Of a stretch of 64,000 nt of DNA, positions 24,960-38,639 are shown in pieces. The stretch is from positions 62,001 to 126,000 of the forward strand of contig NMRA01000762.1 in assembly GCA_002633005.1 (NCBI GenBank). The letters run 5' to 3'. The DNA comes from Phoronis australis. Taxonomy: Eukaryota; Animalia; Phoronida. Position 1 is the first letter of the stretch. Each line of letters begins with the position of its first letter. The position numbers were made by a program, and so were the translations under genes. The notes below the pieces were generated by a model. That model was not told the DNA's origin. It worked only from the letters and a program-made list of their open reading frames with translations, and ran no database searches.

Positions 24960-26227
24960 CGCAAATATCCGCTACAAAGTGTAGGACTGAAAGACGTAGA
25001 TTATAATAGTAAATATTGTTACTTGTATGTCGACACTGTAACTCAAGATTTCCAGTTTCACTTTCAACTATTTTTCTAAATAGAATCTAAATTTCAAGTT
25101 CTCCAATGTCAAGGATGTAACCCTGGTCGAATCGCAGTATAGAGCTAAACATAAATGAACCAACATGAAAATACAAAAGCCTAAAGGTTGAGATTTCTGG
25201 ATTTAGCCAGTTTGCACTTGGTTTTAGAATGTGGGAATTTCCGTGATAAAATTTTCCTTTCTCATTGCATGACTGTGCACCAGTCTCTCGAGGTCGGAGA
25301 AGAAACGAGTCAAAAGAGGGGGGTACATCAGTTGAAAAGACTAGTCTACTAGTTTAAGGTTGAAAATACTTACAAGTGAAACGAATACTCGACTACATTT
25401 ACTAGTGTCAGGAAGGTAATGCCTTCCCTGCTGGTGTTTACAGTGTTACAAAAACAAGAGACGCTAGACCATTACAAGCGCTAGACGAAAATGACTATGA
25501 ACTCAATCGGAAATCCATCCGCGCACATATAGGTTGAAACTGTGTGCTTCGCTACAGTAAAAACTACTAGAGTGTTCCTAAAATTTCCTTTTGGTGATAA
25601 TAACAACGTAAAAGTACGCCAGTAAAATGACTAGATGGTGAAAATCTCAAAATATGATCAAAAAGAATTACGATGCTATTTCTAACGATTACGAATGTAG
25701 TTCCACGTATGTTCTAAAAATAGATGCGGTGGAAATTCCCTCTCTAAATCAAAGACATACCCAGTTCCTCGCAAGACGTCGCTTTACAGCCTTGTTTCCT
25801 AGCCTCAACTAAAGATGACGCTGATCGGTTTAGCCCGGCCCGTAGACAATCACCGTGACACAGCAGCAAGATGTTTATGGCTAAGTATAGGCTCTCCCGC
25901 GATATCCCAGGCGACCGGCAGTGGCGCTGCGCACTACGACTCCTTTTCCGTCGTCTGCTCCACTGTGCAATGAAGAAAATTTACTTCATTTTTAAAGAAA
26001 ATGGAACCTGATCAGTGACGATGAAAAGACAGAAGCTGCTGGTAAGATGTGAATTTTAATCGAAGCCTTAGTGAATCACTCAGAAACTCGCAATACTCTC
26101 TTTGTCAAACCTTATCTTAGGACGATTTCCAAAGCAATCCCGTCATTATTGCCAACACAAAAAACGGATTTGGTCTTTTGGGCATTTGAAGACTATTTTA
26201 AATACGACAAATTTGTTAAGAATTGAC

Positions 26228-26663
26228 GGCACAAAATATAAAACGTGTAATAAGCATTACAAAAAGAAGTAGGTTTCGCGCGCAAACGTTGTGGACCATA
26301 AACAAGTAGGTCTCTTAGTAAAAGATTATTAGTTAATTTCTGGTGGTGTAGTGGTAATGTACGCGCGCTCTATCCGCCAGGTCGTGAGTTCGAATCTTTG
26401 AAACTTGAATTTTACCTTTTGACACGTTCTCCGTTTTTTTTGCCTTCTTTTCTTGGATAATACTTCAGGAATCAAGGAAAATGGGATTGCTTGATTTTTA
26501 GAGGTAAAAACAGAAAAATTTCCTGAGCGGGAGGGGGCAAACCCCCCTCCCGACCTCCCCCCATTCGGTGCTATGCGCATCTGCAATTGTGGTTCACTTT
26601 GCGCAAATGCTTGCAGCTGGACAAAATGTTGCCCCCCCTTGTGATATCCTAGATCCGCCACTG
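26228..26663 (-). mobile_element. Second (truncated) copy of the MITE at 2492-2958
   Basis: The reverse complement begins CAGTGGCGGATCTAGGATATCACAAGGGGGG and stays colinear with 2492-2908. The other terminus is absent. Confidence 0.8.
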
Positions 26664-28564
26664 TTATGGTATAGGCTTGGTTATGATAAATACCGTCTGC
26701 GCATTGATTTGCCTTTGCCGTGACGTCTTTAAAACAAAGGACGACTTTATGATTATTTTCACAGGTATTGTTGCTGCCATTCTTGAAGCAGGGGGCGAAG
26801 TGGGCACTGAAAAGGTTCCTCTGATAGACAAAAAGTCCGAGAAAATGAGGCATAGTAAGTTCATTAAACATGCGCAAACGCGTAATTCACAATGGTGCTC
26901 CCGTTTTTATTTTTTTAGTCCGCCCATTTTTTTTGTTACCAAAAGGTCCACAAACTCAGGAATTCGAGCCCGCCCATATTGAAGGCTGAGTGCGCGCAGG
27001 CACTCATTTCGTAGCTCCACCATTTTTCACTAGTGCTGCGCCGCCCGTTCACGTACGCTGTCCGTCCAGCGCTGATTTGTCTTAGTGATTCGGCAGCGCC
27101 GCTCGGAGTGTCCAACCCAATTTATGTCTGAAGTGAGCGAAAATCGATTAATCATGATGGGTTTCGCAACTTCCCATATGACTGGGATTCCATTTCACAC
27201 GGCTGAAACGGCCATAAACGAATCAAAACGCCGAGAGGTTGGCTCACACCTACTAAACCCGGCCGAATTCCGAAAATGGGCCGCACTGGGGCTCCGGGAT
27301 GTCGATTCATTCGGCAACACGGCAGAACTCACTGAGATATATGTTCGATCGAAGTTAAAAATTCAGCAATTGGACAGTGGCAAAATGCCACCACGAGGCG
27401 CTAATTAATTGGGGTTTAGAGAGTTACTATAAATTATGCTCATCAAATCTTAAATGTTTATTTTTTCAAGGGTGTAACAGTCGACAAAAAAAATAAGAAA
27501 CAGTAGCGCAAGCGCTAGTGAAGGAATATATAACAGCTAGGGAAACCCGACATAACGCATTTATTTTAGCCAATTTTTAACGATTTTCTTCAGGTAAAAA
27601 TGATCCTACCGGCACTATTTTTTACAAAGAATATTTAATTTCAGATGCCAAACAGTTCGAAAAGTTGACAATTTTAATCCCCGATAAATCAGTTTATTGC
27701 AGCTACTGTTTTTGCCGTGAAATCATCACCACACCACACACAAGATGTGTTCATAGTCTGATAAACAGGCTGTTGAATACAGCAGCTACGACCTATTGAC
27801 GAAGCACGAGCCAAAATGCCGTCCACCATCTCGCTGCTCAAAATGAAGACGGTGCTCCCGTCACTCTTGATAACGGAAATCAAGTTCCTAACCTAAAACT
27901 TTATTCTCAGGGCTTACACTCAGCTCTGACTCAAGAGAGGCCAATCTGTAAAAGAAACAAGTCGCACCACGTAGTCACAGCGCCACCTATATGACACTGG
28001 GAGGAGCACCATCACTGTTAGAAGCTCATGATACGAGACCGATTTTACGAGCATAGTTCGTCAGCTACGTGTATTTTTCTACTAATGGTTACGTTGCCTC
28101 ATGTTTCTATAGACTCTGTGTAGTTGTATATGTAATGTGGCGGATAAACCACGAGTTTTACCTTGCCCAGTGTTATCTGCCCAAATCATTGAATATGTAT
28201 TTCATACTTGTGTTTTTATAGAGCCCCCGGTTGCAAGTGATGTGCCATCGCACCCCCGCAAGCAATGGCTCACCAGTAACTTTTTTTCTGGTTAATATGT
28301 AATTCTGCTTATGTTTCTGTGTAACAAATCCCAAAATAATGTCTTTATTTTACCTTCACTTTAGCGATCGTTTTGATGATCTTAGCGCCAAGCAGGTTGC
28401 AATAGCAGTTCGTTTTAACTACATAATTATACAAACCTTAATTTAAATTATACACCATATTAAATGGTAGAAAATTGTTTTAAATGTATTTGCAAATTAG
28501 TTAAGTAATTTTACAGCCCACCCCCCTTTCTCACTCCCTGCCTTCCTGTGTGCCTGCTCCCACT

Positions 28565-28642
28565 CTCCCTCCCTCCCTCCCTTCGTCTCTCCCTCCCTCC
28601 CTCCCTCCCTCCGTCTGTCCCTCCCTCCGCCTCTCCCTCCCT
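28565..28642. repeat. (CCCT)n microsatellite
   Basis: Directly visible. Confidence 0.9.
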
Positions 28643-29099
28643 TCTAAAGACAAAGGTCTTCATTTAGTAATTTTAAACAAAGTGACAGTGATACTTGATT
28701 TGGTGTATTTCTAAAAAGTACGAAGCAAACATGTCTAAAATGTGTTAATTAAATGTGCACCGAGTCTTTAAATTAACAGTAGGCGTCTTATTTTCAATTG
28801 CACTTCTTTGTTCACATGAATGATGAACGAGAAAAGAACCACGTTCTATATAGAACAGAATTGCGGTACACGAAAAACGAGAAAATGGCTTGTGGAAAAA
28901 CAACTGTATTCCCAGGGGATGGAGACCATATGCTACCCACGTGAAATGGTTTACATTGAATCTAGGACCACTGTAAGATATTACTCCTAGATTGAATGCA
29001 CGGCGTAGGAACACGCGCTTCCGTCATTTGAGGTAATAACTTTGTTTCTATGGAAACATATTATGTGATCGACTGTGACCACTTTTAAATTACCTGGCT

Positions 29100-32000
29100 A
29101 TACACATCTATTGTTGGCCGCTGTGACTCGGCGTAGAAAATCGATACCCTTATAGTTTTCACAATAGCATTACGCGCTCAGAATCACAACGGTCCACACC
29201 GGTAAGTTGTCAGCTTTTACATTGACAAATTTAGCCACCACTACATCTAACATTTTCAACAATTTGGAAATGAAACGGCCACTTTTATTCATTGCAGTTT
29301 TTAGGCGTTCTCTTTATACTGGATTCAGTATATTACGAAGTTGCATTTCTTCTTAATTAACAGTCGCGAGTCGGGTAACTCTTCATATACGCAGAGAAAG
29401 TAATATTTTTGATGCAAACACTTAGTTGAACTGAGGTCATCACTACGACCAATTCAACAAGAGTAAACAAGAAGTTGTTTTTTCGCGTGTTGTATTTGTT
29501 CTTAACATGAGTAGTTGTACCCCAACTTTTTGTTGAGTGCAATTGTCTGGATTTGCAACCCAACAGGGAATTTCGAGACTTAGACATACTCCAAGGAACG
29601 ACTGTTTTACTTGGAGAAAGAAAATTCGAACCCTCTTTACCACCGTGACATCGGCCACCGCGGAAAAACTTTTTGACGGAAACGGAGTGGAGCTATAGAT
29701 GCTGAAAAAATTAGGATACACACGCATTCGAAAAGGACCATCTTATTACTGGCATCTTTCTAGTGTTGTTACTACAGGGTTTCTTCAATTGTCTATCCAG
29801 AAACTACAAGAAGAGATGGCATGTTGTCAAAAAAGAGTACTACGTTTGCACCCAAGTTTGAAAATATAGAGTGTATCGTTGCCGGAATCTTCATGAGCTT
29901 TCGAAGTGACTGAAATCTTTTTTTAATTTTGTCGTGAAAGGCACAACCCTTTCGTAGCATAGGGAAACAGGTCGTGTCGCCCATCTGTGTGGCACGTTAT
30001 GTATACGTCTTCTGGGAGTTCCGGCAGAAGCAGGGGCCACCGGCTAATATTTATTTTTATTGTAATTAACCTGGGCCGTGAGTAGATAGGGGCGAAACCC
30101 CCGGACAACTTGGCAAGAATGAACGATTCCCCTTTCTGTCCTCGCTGTATTTAGTGTAGACCTGGCTTGATCAGCATGAAGCATGTGGATGACAGCGCTT
30201 TTCGTGATTCCTTGGTAGACGAGACGCTGACAGCTGCCCCATTGCCTTAAAGGATAATTTAAAATGCAACGACCTCTAAGGCGACACCACTTCTTCGGCT
30301 ATAAGCCATGTCGTGATTTTTTCTGTTCAATGCTTATCAGCTGTGGCTAAAATATCAAGCACTATCAATATATACGAATAGTGCTCAGCACACAATTAAG
30401 GCAGGTCTATAGACAATTAGGTAGATGCAGACGATTAGACAGCTCAGTGACAAACCCACAATCCACTGACTTTGTGGTGTTTACTGATTCTTGTCCTGAA
30501 AACAAAGAGACTAATACCAGAAGTGTATGATCACACTGATTTCTGTGACAATTGACTCGAGGGATCTCTTTCATAATAAGAGACGTAAGACTTCATGTCC
30601 TCTTTTCAACAGTGTATTTGAAAGGAATTAAGTATGGTAAAATCTCACCAGTTGGGAAAGTGTATTTTTCAAAGGGTCCTATCATCGTTTTGAACACCCA
30701 CAATGTTTCAAAATCATTCTTTCACGGTAGCTATAGATTAGATCTCCTGAGATTCTACCGTAGTCAGTGAGGACCCTTCAAGCAGTGCATCTGAGAACTA
30801 TTTTATAGCATAATAATGCGACCTGGGTTCATTGTTCTGCTCTCGCTGAGCCTAATCTTACGGCGGGGTGGTCCATAGGCAAAATGTTATTTTTGGGACA
30901 CATTTATTTTTTGTACTTTTGCAGTTATAATCAAAGGGGGTGGGGTGGCAGGCGTGGTGGCGGGCGGGAGATATTGATGTGAGAGCAAATGCCGGTGTCA
31001 GACAAAATTTCCGAGCGCAGTCACGTGGTGGCACGGAGGGAAGACCTTACTCTTGGATGTTCCGCTCTTGTAAGACAGTTCTGCTCATGCATGTTACTCT
31101 CAGTCCGGTCCGAGGTTCGCAACAGGTTTCGAGCAATATCCGGAGGCCGACTTTTGCGTGTCTATGCACTAAGAACCTGTCACTTCTTGCTAACTCCAAA
31201 AGTCGCTCATCTAACCAGAAAATCGGGTTGACCTTGTACGGACTAGGTTGCATAAAATCCCAAGCCTTTGTAACAACAGTTTTGATGACAGTATTTGCGT
31301 TTGCCTGCGCGCACCCAGCCTAACATATATGGGGCTCGAATTTTTCGGTATGCGGACCTTTCACTGTTTCAGTGCCAGAGAACCACTTTGAATAATACAA
31401 TTTTGTCAGTTTTTCGCCTTCCAGGCTTCTTTAAAGGGAAAATGAGATGCCACAGGATCCTGACACACGGCACAATGTCACTTTTGCTTGTAACGTTGTT
31501 GGTTGCACCTGCACGTGCATCTACATTTACTGTTTTACATGATGTTTTGTGGATACTGCGATCAGTTTCGCCTGTGAGTGCATCTGAAGTTTCAAGTGAA
31601 GGGCTGGTTTGATTCTAGTTATTCCTTTACATTAGACGAATGTTCGTCACTGGGGCTTAAGACAATATTTGTGCAGGTATACAGATTGCCACCATGTCGC
31701 ATATTCCTCAAAGTGCAATTGGCTGTCAATTTCGCTATGAGTAGACGCAACGATACTTGGAGCAGTGCAGTTTCTAAATGGAGTGGGGATGATTCAAAGC
31801 ATACATTTAACGCACGTTTGTCACTGTTGGTTCTAGTAATATTTGATGATGGACATGCATCGAATGACTTGTACTTGCTCTATGGGACACGTCCTCGATA
31901 GGCTGCACTGTTTGATGCATCTAAAATTTCACGGGAGGGATCGTTTGGTTCCAGTCCTGGGCATAGATTTAGATGAACCTGCTTCTGCTTCGCTACAGTT

Positions 32001-32690
32001 ACTTTTAAAGAAAATTTTCATATTTGTTTGATATCTTAGTCTCTGGGCGCTTTCAGTTTCCTGTTTTCGGAATTGCACTTTTTCTTAGACATGTTTCCGG
32101 TCATCGGGCCTAAAATTGCATTATTAGCTGTGAGATATGACGAAGCAGATCCAAATATGTAAATTCATGTGTCCAGCCTAGATGACACAATTCTTGGTCT
32201 GTTGCATACCGAAAACAAAATGCTTTCCTCTATTTCTTCAAATTTAACCTATCCATTGTGCCCTCGCTAGAATAAATATTCCACCCGTCTCATCTATCGT
32301 CACCCGTTTCTTCCCAGGTATACGGTTACCTTCCCTGAGTCCGTGACGAGACTTATAATCTATAATCTCTCCCGTATTTTTCCATTGGGTGGTCTCTGTC
32401 CAAGCTTTTCCTTGATCTGTCCGAATTTTTCGAAAATTTTGCCCGACACCGGTGGGCTCTACGATGTATCTAAATCCTGATTAGGTAGCTCACGTCCTGT
32501 TCAGCTTCTGATTTTTCGACCTAGTACCTGGCAGTTCACAAAGTCCAGTCTCGTATCTCAAGTCACTATTTATGAACGACATTCATGGTAGGGCACGTTG
32601 TTTTAGTTGTCGTGCGACGGATTAGTTGCGAAACACGAAGAGATTCTCTGTACGTTTCCCACGTTTTCNCCCCCCCCCCCCCCCGCCACA
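29100..32690 (-). mobile_element. Highly decayed DNA-transposon relic, possibly hAT transposase
   Basis: Minus-strand fragments resemble hAT motifs: LSNRLHL (~30420-30445), and LPVWTV/DSER across a frameshift (~29175-29210). A 20-bp imperfect inverted repeat pairs 30991-31010 with 32434-32453. No intact ORF; boundaries uncertain. Confidence 0.3.
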
Positions 32691-32914
32691 CCATCACTGC
32701 TGATGATGGAATACATTGTTTCTAATTATACGACCTTCTGTCTTCCGCTGATTTGCAAAAAGCTTTACGAACTAATTGTTACATGACGTTAGAACCATTC
32801 TTAAACAGACGTCATAGTTACGAATGTTAGCGCAAACAATCGAGGATGCAACCGATTACGTCAATCACAGAAGTCAATAACAGATATAGTCAATTACTAC
32901 GGAAGCCCAATATT

Positions 32915-33003
32915 GCCATTTTCAGTTGAAATGAAGAAAAATATTTTATTATCTGGCCGTTGCCAGATAATAAAATATTTATTTTTCTTCAATTCAAAAT
33001 GGC
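32915..33003. repeat. Palindromic/hairpin element (19-bp perfect stem, 4-nt loop, extended imperfect arms)
   Basis: AAATATTTTATTATCTGGC-cgtt-GCCAGATAATAAAATATTT at 32939-32980. Outer arms GCCATTTT..GAAGAAAA / TTTTCTTC..AAAATGGC. Confidence 0.8.
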
Positions 33004-33102
33004 ACTGTAGAAATGTTTAGCATGACGTCATTTTGGCGTCATTATGACGTTTTGGTGTGACGGCTTGTCTATTCTTATGGGAGCGGGTCAATTTATGACA
33101 TA

Positions 33103-36100
33103 TAGTCACCAGATCCACAACAAATTGCAACAAAAGGTTTTATAAAGGTTAAAGTCCCTACTGTGTGTACTTATTAACAAAACAGGAAAATGGGTTAAAA
33201 CTGCGTCGTTATCAAGATAGCCGCCACGCCATCATGATTTTGAAATCACTCAAAACATATATAACTTCTTCAATAATTGTGATAGAGACATAATTTTTGG
33301 TTCTAGTCTATGGTTTTAAGGGGTGAGCAACTCACAGATGTGATTAAAATTCAGATATGATCAGTATTTGACATGAAATTCAAGATGCCAGCTAAAATTC
33401 AAGAAGTTCAATGAAAAATCATTGATTTGTCCATTATTTAATATCTTATCCCCTATAACAAAAGTATGATTGATATGACTGGTTTCTGATTGAATGTTCT
33501 GAAACATTTAGATGTGATTGAATTCTGACTGAATTATTTTGAAATATGAACAATGCATTTATATTTAAGTAGTCAAATATTTAATCCAAAGCATTGGCTT
33601 GACATCAAGGTCACAAAAATGATCTAGTGTGTATTTATTTGCCACTGGTTTTTATTTAAAAGTCCATGCAAAGAAACTAGAAGCCCAGGGCAAAATGCCA
33701 AAATCAGTGATCGAGCCATTTAACAAACACTGATGAGATCGCTAAAAAGCACAAGCGGCTTGTCTCATGACAATAAGATGACAGAGGAGCAGCGAGATTG
33801 AGCACAATGTCGGCCCTCGTCAGAAGTGAACATCGCTTTGCAGGACTTCAATGTAAATGACCTCACGTACACAACAAGTTAACAACACAAAGAAGCAAGT
33901 GGTGCCAGGATTGAAAGAGATATATGCGACCTTGCGAAGATAAGCACAAGGCTGACAGCATTTTCACCCTTCCCTTAGATCGATCCTGCCCTATGCAATA
34001 TCACCAATGGTGTTGTCGCCAGCGAAGACGTCAACGTGCATGAATATTAATCTGTTAGGAACAGAATTATCAAGAGAATGGTCGGGTAACCTCCGTTTTC
34101 TTTCTCTTTTAAGAGGAATGAGAAAGCTTTGGGAAACGCAGCTGCTGTCCAGATTGGTCCTGACAAAACCACCCACCTTAGCTTGCTCTTCCAGCGATTC
34201 CAGGTGGTATCTCCGTCGAGTGACTAGTTTCTTGAAGAAGTGATGAGTTTTGAGTTCAGTGTATACCCACCGTGCCTATTTGAGAACAACATGATCTTGA
34301 GTAAAGCTGGTTCAAGCCGTCAAGGGCCACTGTTCCAAGGCTCATGCGCATGAAGGAGCACCAGACTTTATATCTTCAGTATACCTCCAGCTCGTGCTTC
34401 ATGGGGATTCTTGCTGCAAAAGCTCAAATGGAAGAAGAGAGATACACAGGAAAAAATTGCCGAAGCATATGTTGACGTCACAGCAAAAGCACTATGAGGC
34501 AGCCACTGTTGTCTTTGATGGCTATGGTCAGGTTATTCGATAAAGGATAACACTCAGCAGAGACGGGAGAGACCACAAGCTATTCGATTGTGAACTTCAC
34601 CGGAGAAACCAAATTTGATGGAAAGAGAGATTAATTCCTATTCATCGGAAGTAACAAGTAACAACTCATCGCCTTAATAAATGACCAGCTGCAGAAAGTG
34701 GGATGCACAGTCGTTCAGACAGAAAGGGACGCTGATGTGGACACTGCAAAAAGACAGCAGTTAACAATACAATAATGCATTCCACCCCAGTAATCGGGGA
34801 GGAACTGACGTGTTGATGCCTTTGCTCTATTACTACATGACTGACGGGACCAATCTGAAAGTATATGACATAAATTGGATGAAGTGTGTGCTCGGGATTA
34901 TGTTGTGTAGCCAGCTACTATTCCTGAACTCCTTCACAGGATGCGACTCAACGTCTCGTGTGTATGGCGTTGGAAAGAAATCACTCAGAACCTCGTGAAA
35001 GACGACCAAGTCCTTCAGACGTTCGCAGAAAGGTGTGAGGACCGCTGAGATGGAGGAACTTGGGAGTCAAGCGATGGCCGCAATGTTTAGTAGGCAGAGA
35101 ACGTGTTCTATGGCAGCCATGGGTTACAACACATTCACTAAGAAGTTTGCTGCTGCTAAGCTTTCGTTGCTCCCGAACGTCTTCCACCAACGGTATCAGC
35201 TACCAGGTTTCATTGTCTCCGAGTGTACTACCAGGTCATGGTTTGGATGGGGATGGCAAATGACATGGATCCTCTAGACTGGGAATGGAGACTTGAATAC
35301 AATCGATTCATACCCATCACGACTGCCTTGAATGCTGCATCAGACACCCTCCTGAACATGATACACTGCAACTGCACTGCAGCTTGTACTACTCTCCGTT
35401 GCAGTTGCAGAAAGAATGGGCTTGCATGTACTCGTGCATATGGGTTGTGCCAAGCGACATATTGTGACAATCCGCTGAATCAAGTCTCTGAGCAACGTGA
35501 AGATAGTGATAAAGATTGAACTGAGGTACTACGTGTAATGAACATAACATCCTTGGAAGAAAATGTAACCTAAGCGATCATGCGTCGTGTCGACGAATAA
35601 ATATTTTACTGGCTGGCACCTGGTGTTCAGTCATTTTGATACTGACAGTTACTTTTTAAGTAAAGAGAATTTTTTTTGCAAGTTTAAGTTATTGATAATA
35701 ATACAACCTATACAACCTTGGCACACATTCTCTGTCAGCGCATTTCAAACGCTGTAGTTCATTAGTTTGCAGTTAGGACTTTGTGTAAAACATTTTGTAA
35801 TAAACCTCAAATTATTCTTTCTCAGTACTTGAGAACACCTTCTATTCTTTACTTCGCAAAATGTAGCACCCAACCGACAAAACATTTTTTCTGACACAAC
35901 CCTTGAAAAGACACTCTTGAGTAAATTGTGTCCCAATCTTCGATGATGACACTTTGTAAACTATAATTATGTAAGGTAATTTGGCATTGATTTTTAGAGT
36001 GACAAAAGTAGCTTTCCCGTCCTGGAGTGAAAACACAGAGTATCAGTAGATTTTTTATCTGTACTGACAATAGATTAATATACACATGTGCAAAATTTCG

Positions 36101-36500
36101 TGCAATTTTAATGAACGATTTGTTGAAAAAAAAGTTAAAGTTCGAAACGTTTTTGGCCACCCGATATAATGGACAAATAGTGATTGATTTTTCCTTCTTG
36201 AATTTTTAGCCGTTATCTTGAATTTCATATCAAATACTGATCATATCTGCGAGTTTCTCATCTAGTAAAATCATAGACTAGAACCAAAACTCATCTCTCT
36301 ATCACAATTATTGAAGAAGTTATCGCTGTTTTAGGGGTTTTAATACGTCGTACGTGGCGGCTATCTTGGAAATGACGCAATTTTAACCCATTTCCGGTGG
36401 TCAGATTTTGGTAGACTTTTTCCCTGTTCATAAGTATACTCAGTAGGGCATTAAACCACTGTAAAACCTTTTGTTGCAATTTGTTGTGGGTCACGTGGTA
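33103..36500 (+). mobile_element. Decayed Academ (XPG + Cys8 type) DNA transposon, internally deleted
   Basis: ~290-bp imperfect terminal inverted repeats (33103-33400 vs 36210-36500); the left end starts TAG. Frameshifted transposase remnants at 33660-35519: TLMRSLKS, TYTTS*QHK, VVFDGY, DADVD, FTGCDSTS..YGVGKK, YYQVMVW, DPLDWEW, IHCNC..CTTLRCSCRKNGLACT. Confidence 0.75.
33660..35519 (+). pseudogene. Academ-type transposase C-terminal half (XPG/H3TH-like + CXC/Cys8 finger), disrupted
   Basis: ORF pieces 34810-34998, 35035-35277 and 35223-35519 carry the TGCD and CxC..C...CSC.K.GL.CT motifs. Multiple stops and frameshifts. Confidence 0.75.
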
Positions 36501-36686
36501 TGTTGACGCGTTTTTCCGAGTCCAAATTGCGTCATCTAGTGCCATGACGCATCATCACTAAACACACGAATTGGACATCCGTAATTACACATCGTTGATT
36601 TTACAACGGACTTGTGAAACACTCAACAATTGCAATGGCGTGACCTAAAATAGCATAGTGTCAGTGCATGACCGTTGCTATCTAAC

Positions 36687-37050
36687 GGTGACTGAGCTCG
36701 ATATCTCAATTCTGTCTTTTTATTGGTGACTGACTCTCAACTCTACCTATTCAGCAGTGACTGAGCTCGTCAGCTCGATATCTCAACTCTACTTATTTAG
36801 CGGTGACTGAGCTCGATATCTCAACTCTGCCTATTAATTTAGCGGTGACTGGCTCTCAACTACCTATTCAGCATTGACTGAGCTCGATATCTCAACTCTA
36901 CCTATTCAGCATTGACTGAGCTCGATATCTCAACTCTACCTATTCAGCATTGACTGAGCTCGATATCTCAACTCTACCTATTTAGCAGTGACTGAGCTCG
37001 ATATCTCAACTCTAACTATTTAGCAGTGACTGAGCTCGTGTCTCAACTCA
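36687..37050. repeat. 38-bp minisatellite (TGACTGAGCTCGATATCTCAACTCTACCTATT(C/T)AGCA..), ~9-10 copies
   Basis: Near-identical head-to-tail units with no unique spacers. Confidence 0.9.
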
Positions 37051-38108
37051 GCAGATTTAGCCTAACTCGAAGTAGTCCTCCTACTTGCACATTCATCTGC
37101 CTCACTCTGATGTCACAGAATGTTGAAAGTTTTCATTAATGTTAATAACACTGCATCTTATGACTCTCGAAAAACGGTAACACATACTCCTACAACAAAA
37201 GACAGCTTTCCAACAGAATATGGGGAAACTGAAGGTTCCCTGCAATTAAGAAAACGACGTGGTTTTGGGATAAGTAACAAACCCAATTTCTCTGAAAAAC
37301 GGAGGCCGAGTCTGTGGCGCACAAATGACAGTTCGTTGTTGCTTGACCGTAGACGGAGACAGTAGAGAGTTTGTTAATGTCTTTGCGGTAGACATTACAA
37401 GTTGACTTGTCAAGGCGTGTCATTTTATTCGCGTAGCATGGCCTCGAGCAATAAGCCTAACGATCAGTGCCAGTTCATCGTGCGACCAAAAATCACTTTT
37501 CATCTGAGTCAAAGTGTTAAATGGTCTAAATCGTAACTGCTGAATGAACAATGCATGAAGTCTGCGAACTGGAAGTATGAGCGTGGATTTAACAGCGATA
37601 TCCTACTCAATACCCGCGACAGTTGACGTTCGAAAAGATCAATGTGACACGCCGCATTACGTTCCATTCGGAATTGGTTGCTAACAGCAACCAACTCTTT
37701 GGATCGTTCTCGTCGGGTATTTTGCTAATGAAATTCAGGCGGTAACCTTACGCATCGAGTAACTAGGACGTCTTTTTAATCAATTAAATTCTTCCTCAAA
37801 ACATTCACTAACTTATCTAAAGTTAGTCCCTTGCGAACAACGAATACATAATGCAGTAGGTGTTGAATTCTAATAACGGCTTGCATTTTATTAGGCACAA
37901 CAACTTATATAAAACAGCAACACCGGATGTTGGCATAAAAAAACAATTGCAAGCTGTCTCGTACACGTTGTACCGGACGTGCGCAGGCCGCTCAAATGGG
38001 CTCATTCAGCACTGATTACTTGAAACCATTTTTATGCCTTTACCTATATATATCCATGGTAGCAAGTAGCAGCATATATTAAAGAAAACAACAATGGTTT
38101 TAAGTCGA

Positions 38109-38153
38109 CTTGACACGTTTCGGTGTCATTTGTTCAAACACCATCATCAGAAG
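38109..38153 (-). ncRNA. Type I minimal hammerhead ribozyme motif (Penelope-like element / retrozyme type)
   Basis: Minus strand reads CTT-CTGATGA-T-GGTGT-ttgaacaaatg-ACACC-GAAAC-gt-GTC-AAG. It has the CUGANGA and GAAA cores, a 5-bp stem II, a minimal stem III, a GUC cleavage triplet and a short stem I (CTT/AAG). Confidence 0.65.
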
Positions 38154-38639
38154 AGAGAATGTAGTGGCCACATAGCTAGGCCCAGCAACAAGTAATGAAG
38201 TACAGATATTCAGTTACAGTCACTCCCAGGACACCAATCACGCTAGGCCATGCTGCCTCATCGTGTATGCGCAGTGTTAACACATAGGCTATATATTACC
38301 TTCTTTTCCTGTAGGCCTAAAAGCGTTGTGGCTTGTAAACAAAGAATAAATCTATTTCTGATTTGTTTTGAGTAATTAATGACCTCTAAAGCAAATGAGT
38401 ACTTTTCCATTTTTCAGCATTTTCAATAATTAACTAATGACTACACAACTGAAATAATTGCTTAAAAATGAGGACGGATTAAAAAGTGCTTATTTTGCAT
38501 CACATTTGCAAGACGATTGATGAAGGCAATCGGCACTGAAACAAAATAATATTTTCTCGTCTATGTTGCGGCCATACAGTCGATTTGACATGAAATTATA
38601 AAGCCAAAATTTATGAAGCGATTCTAACCGATCGACTTG

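Noticed and set aside
26329-26877. 182-aa ORF similar to ORF 2576-2806
   Set aside because: The similarity comes from two copies of the same non-coding MITE.
35223-35519. Host tesmin/TSO1-like CXC gene
   Set aside because: It lies within long TIRs among frameshifted transposase fragments and is the Cys-rich tail of an Academ-type transposase.
36687-37050. CRISPR-like array (38-bp periodicity)
   Set aside because: The units are wholly repeated with no unique spacers, there are no cas genes, and the context is eukaryotic; it is a minisatellite.
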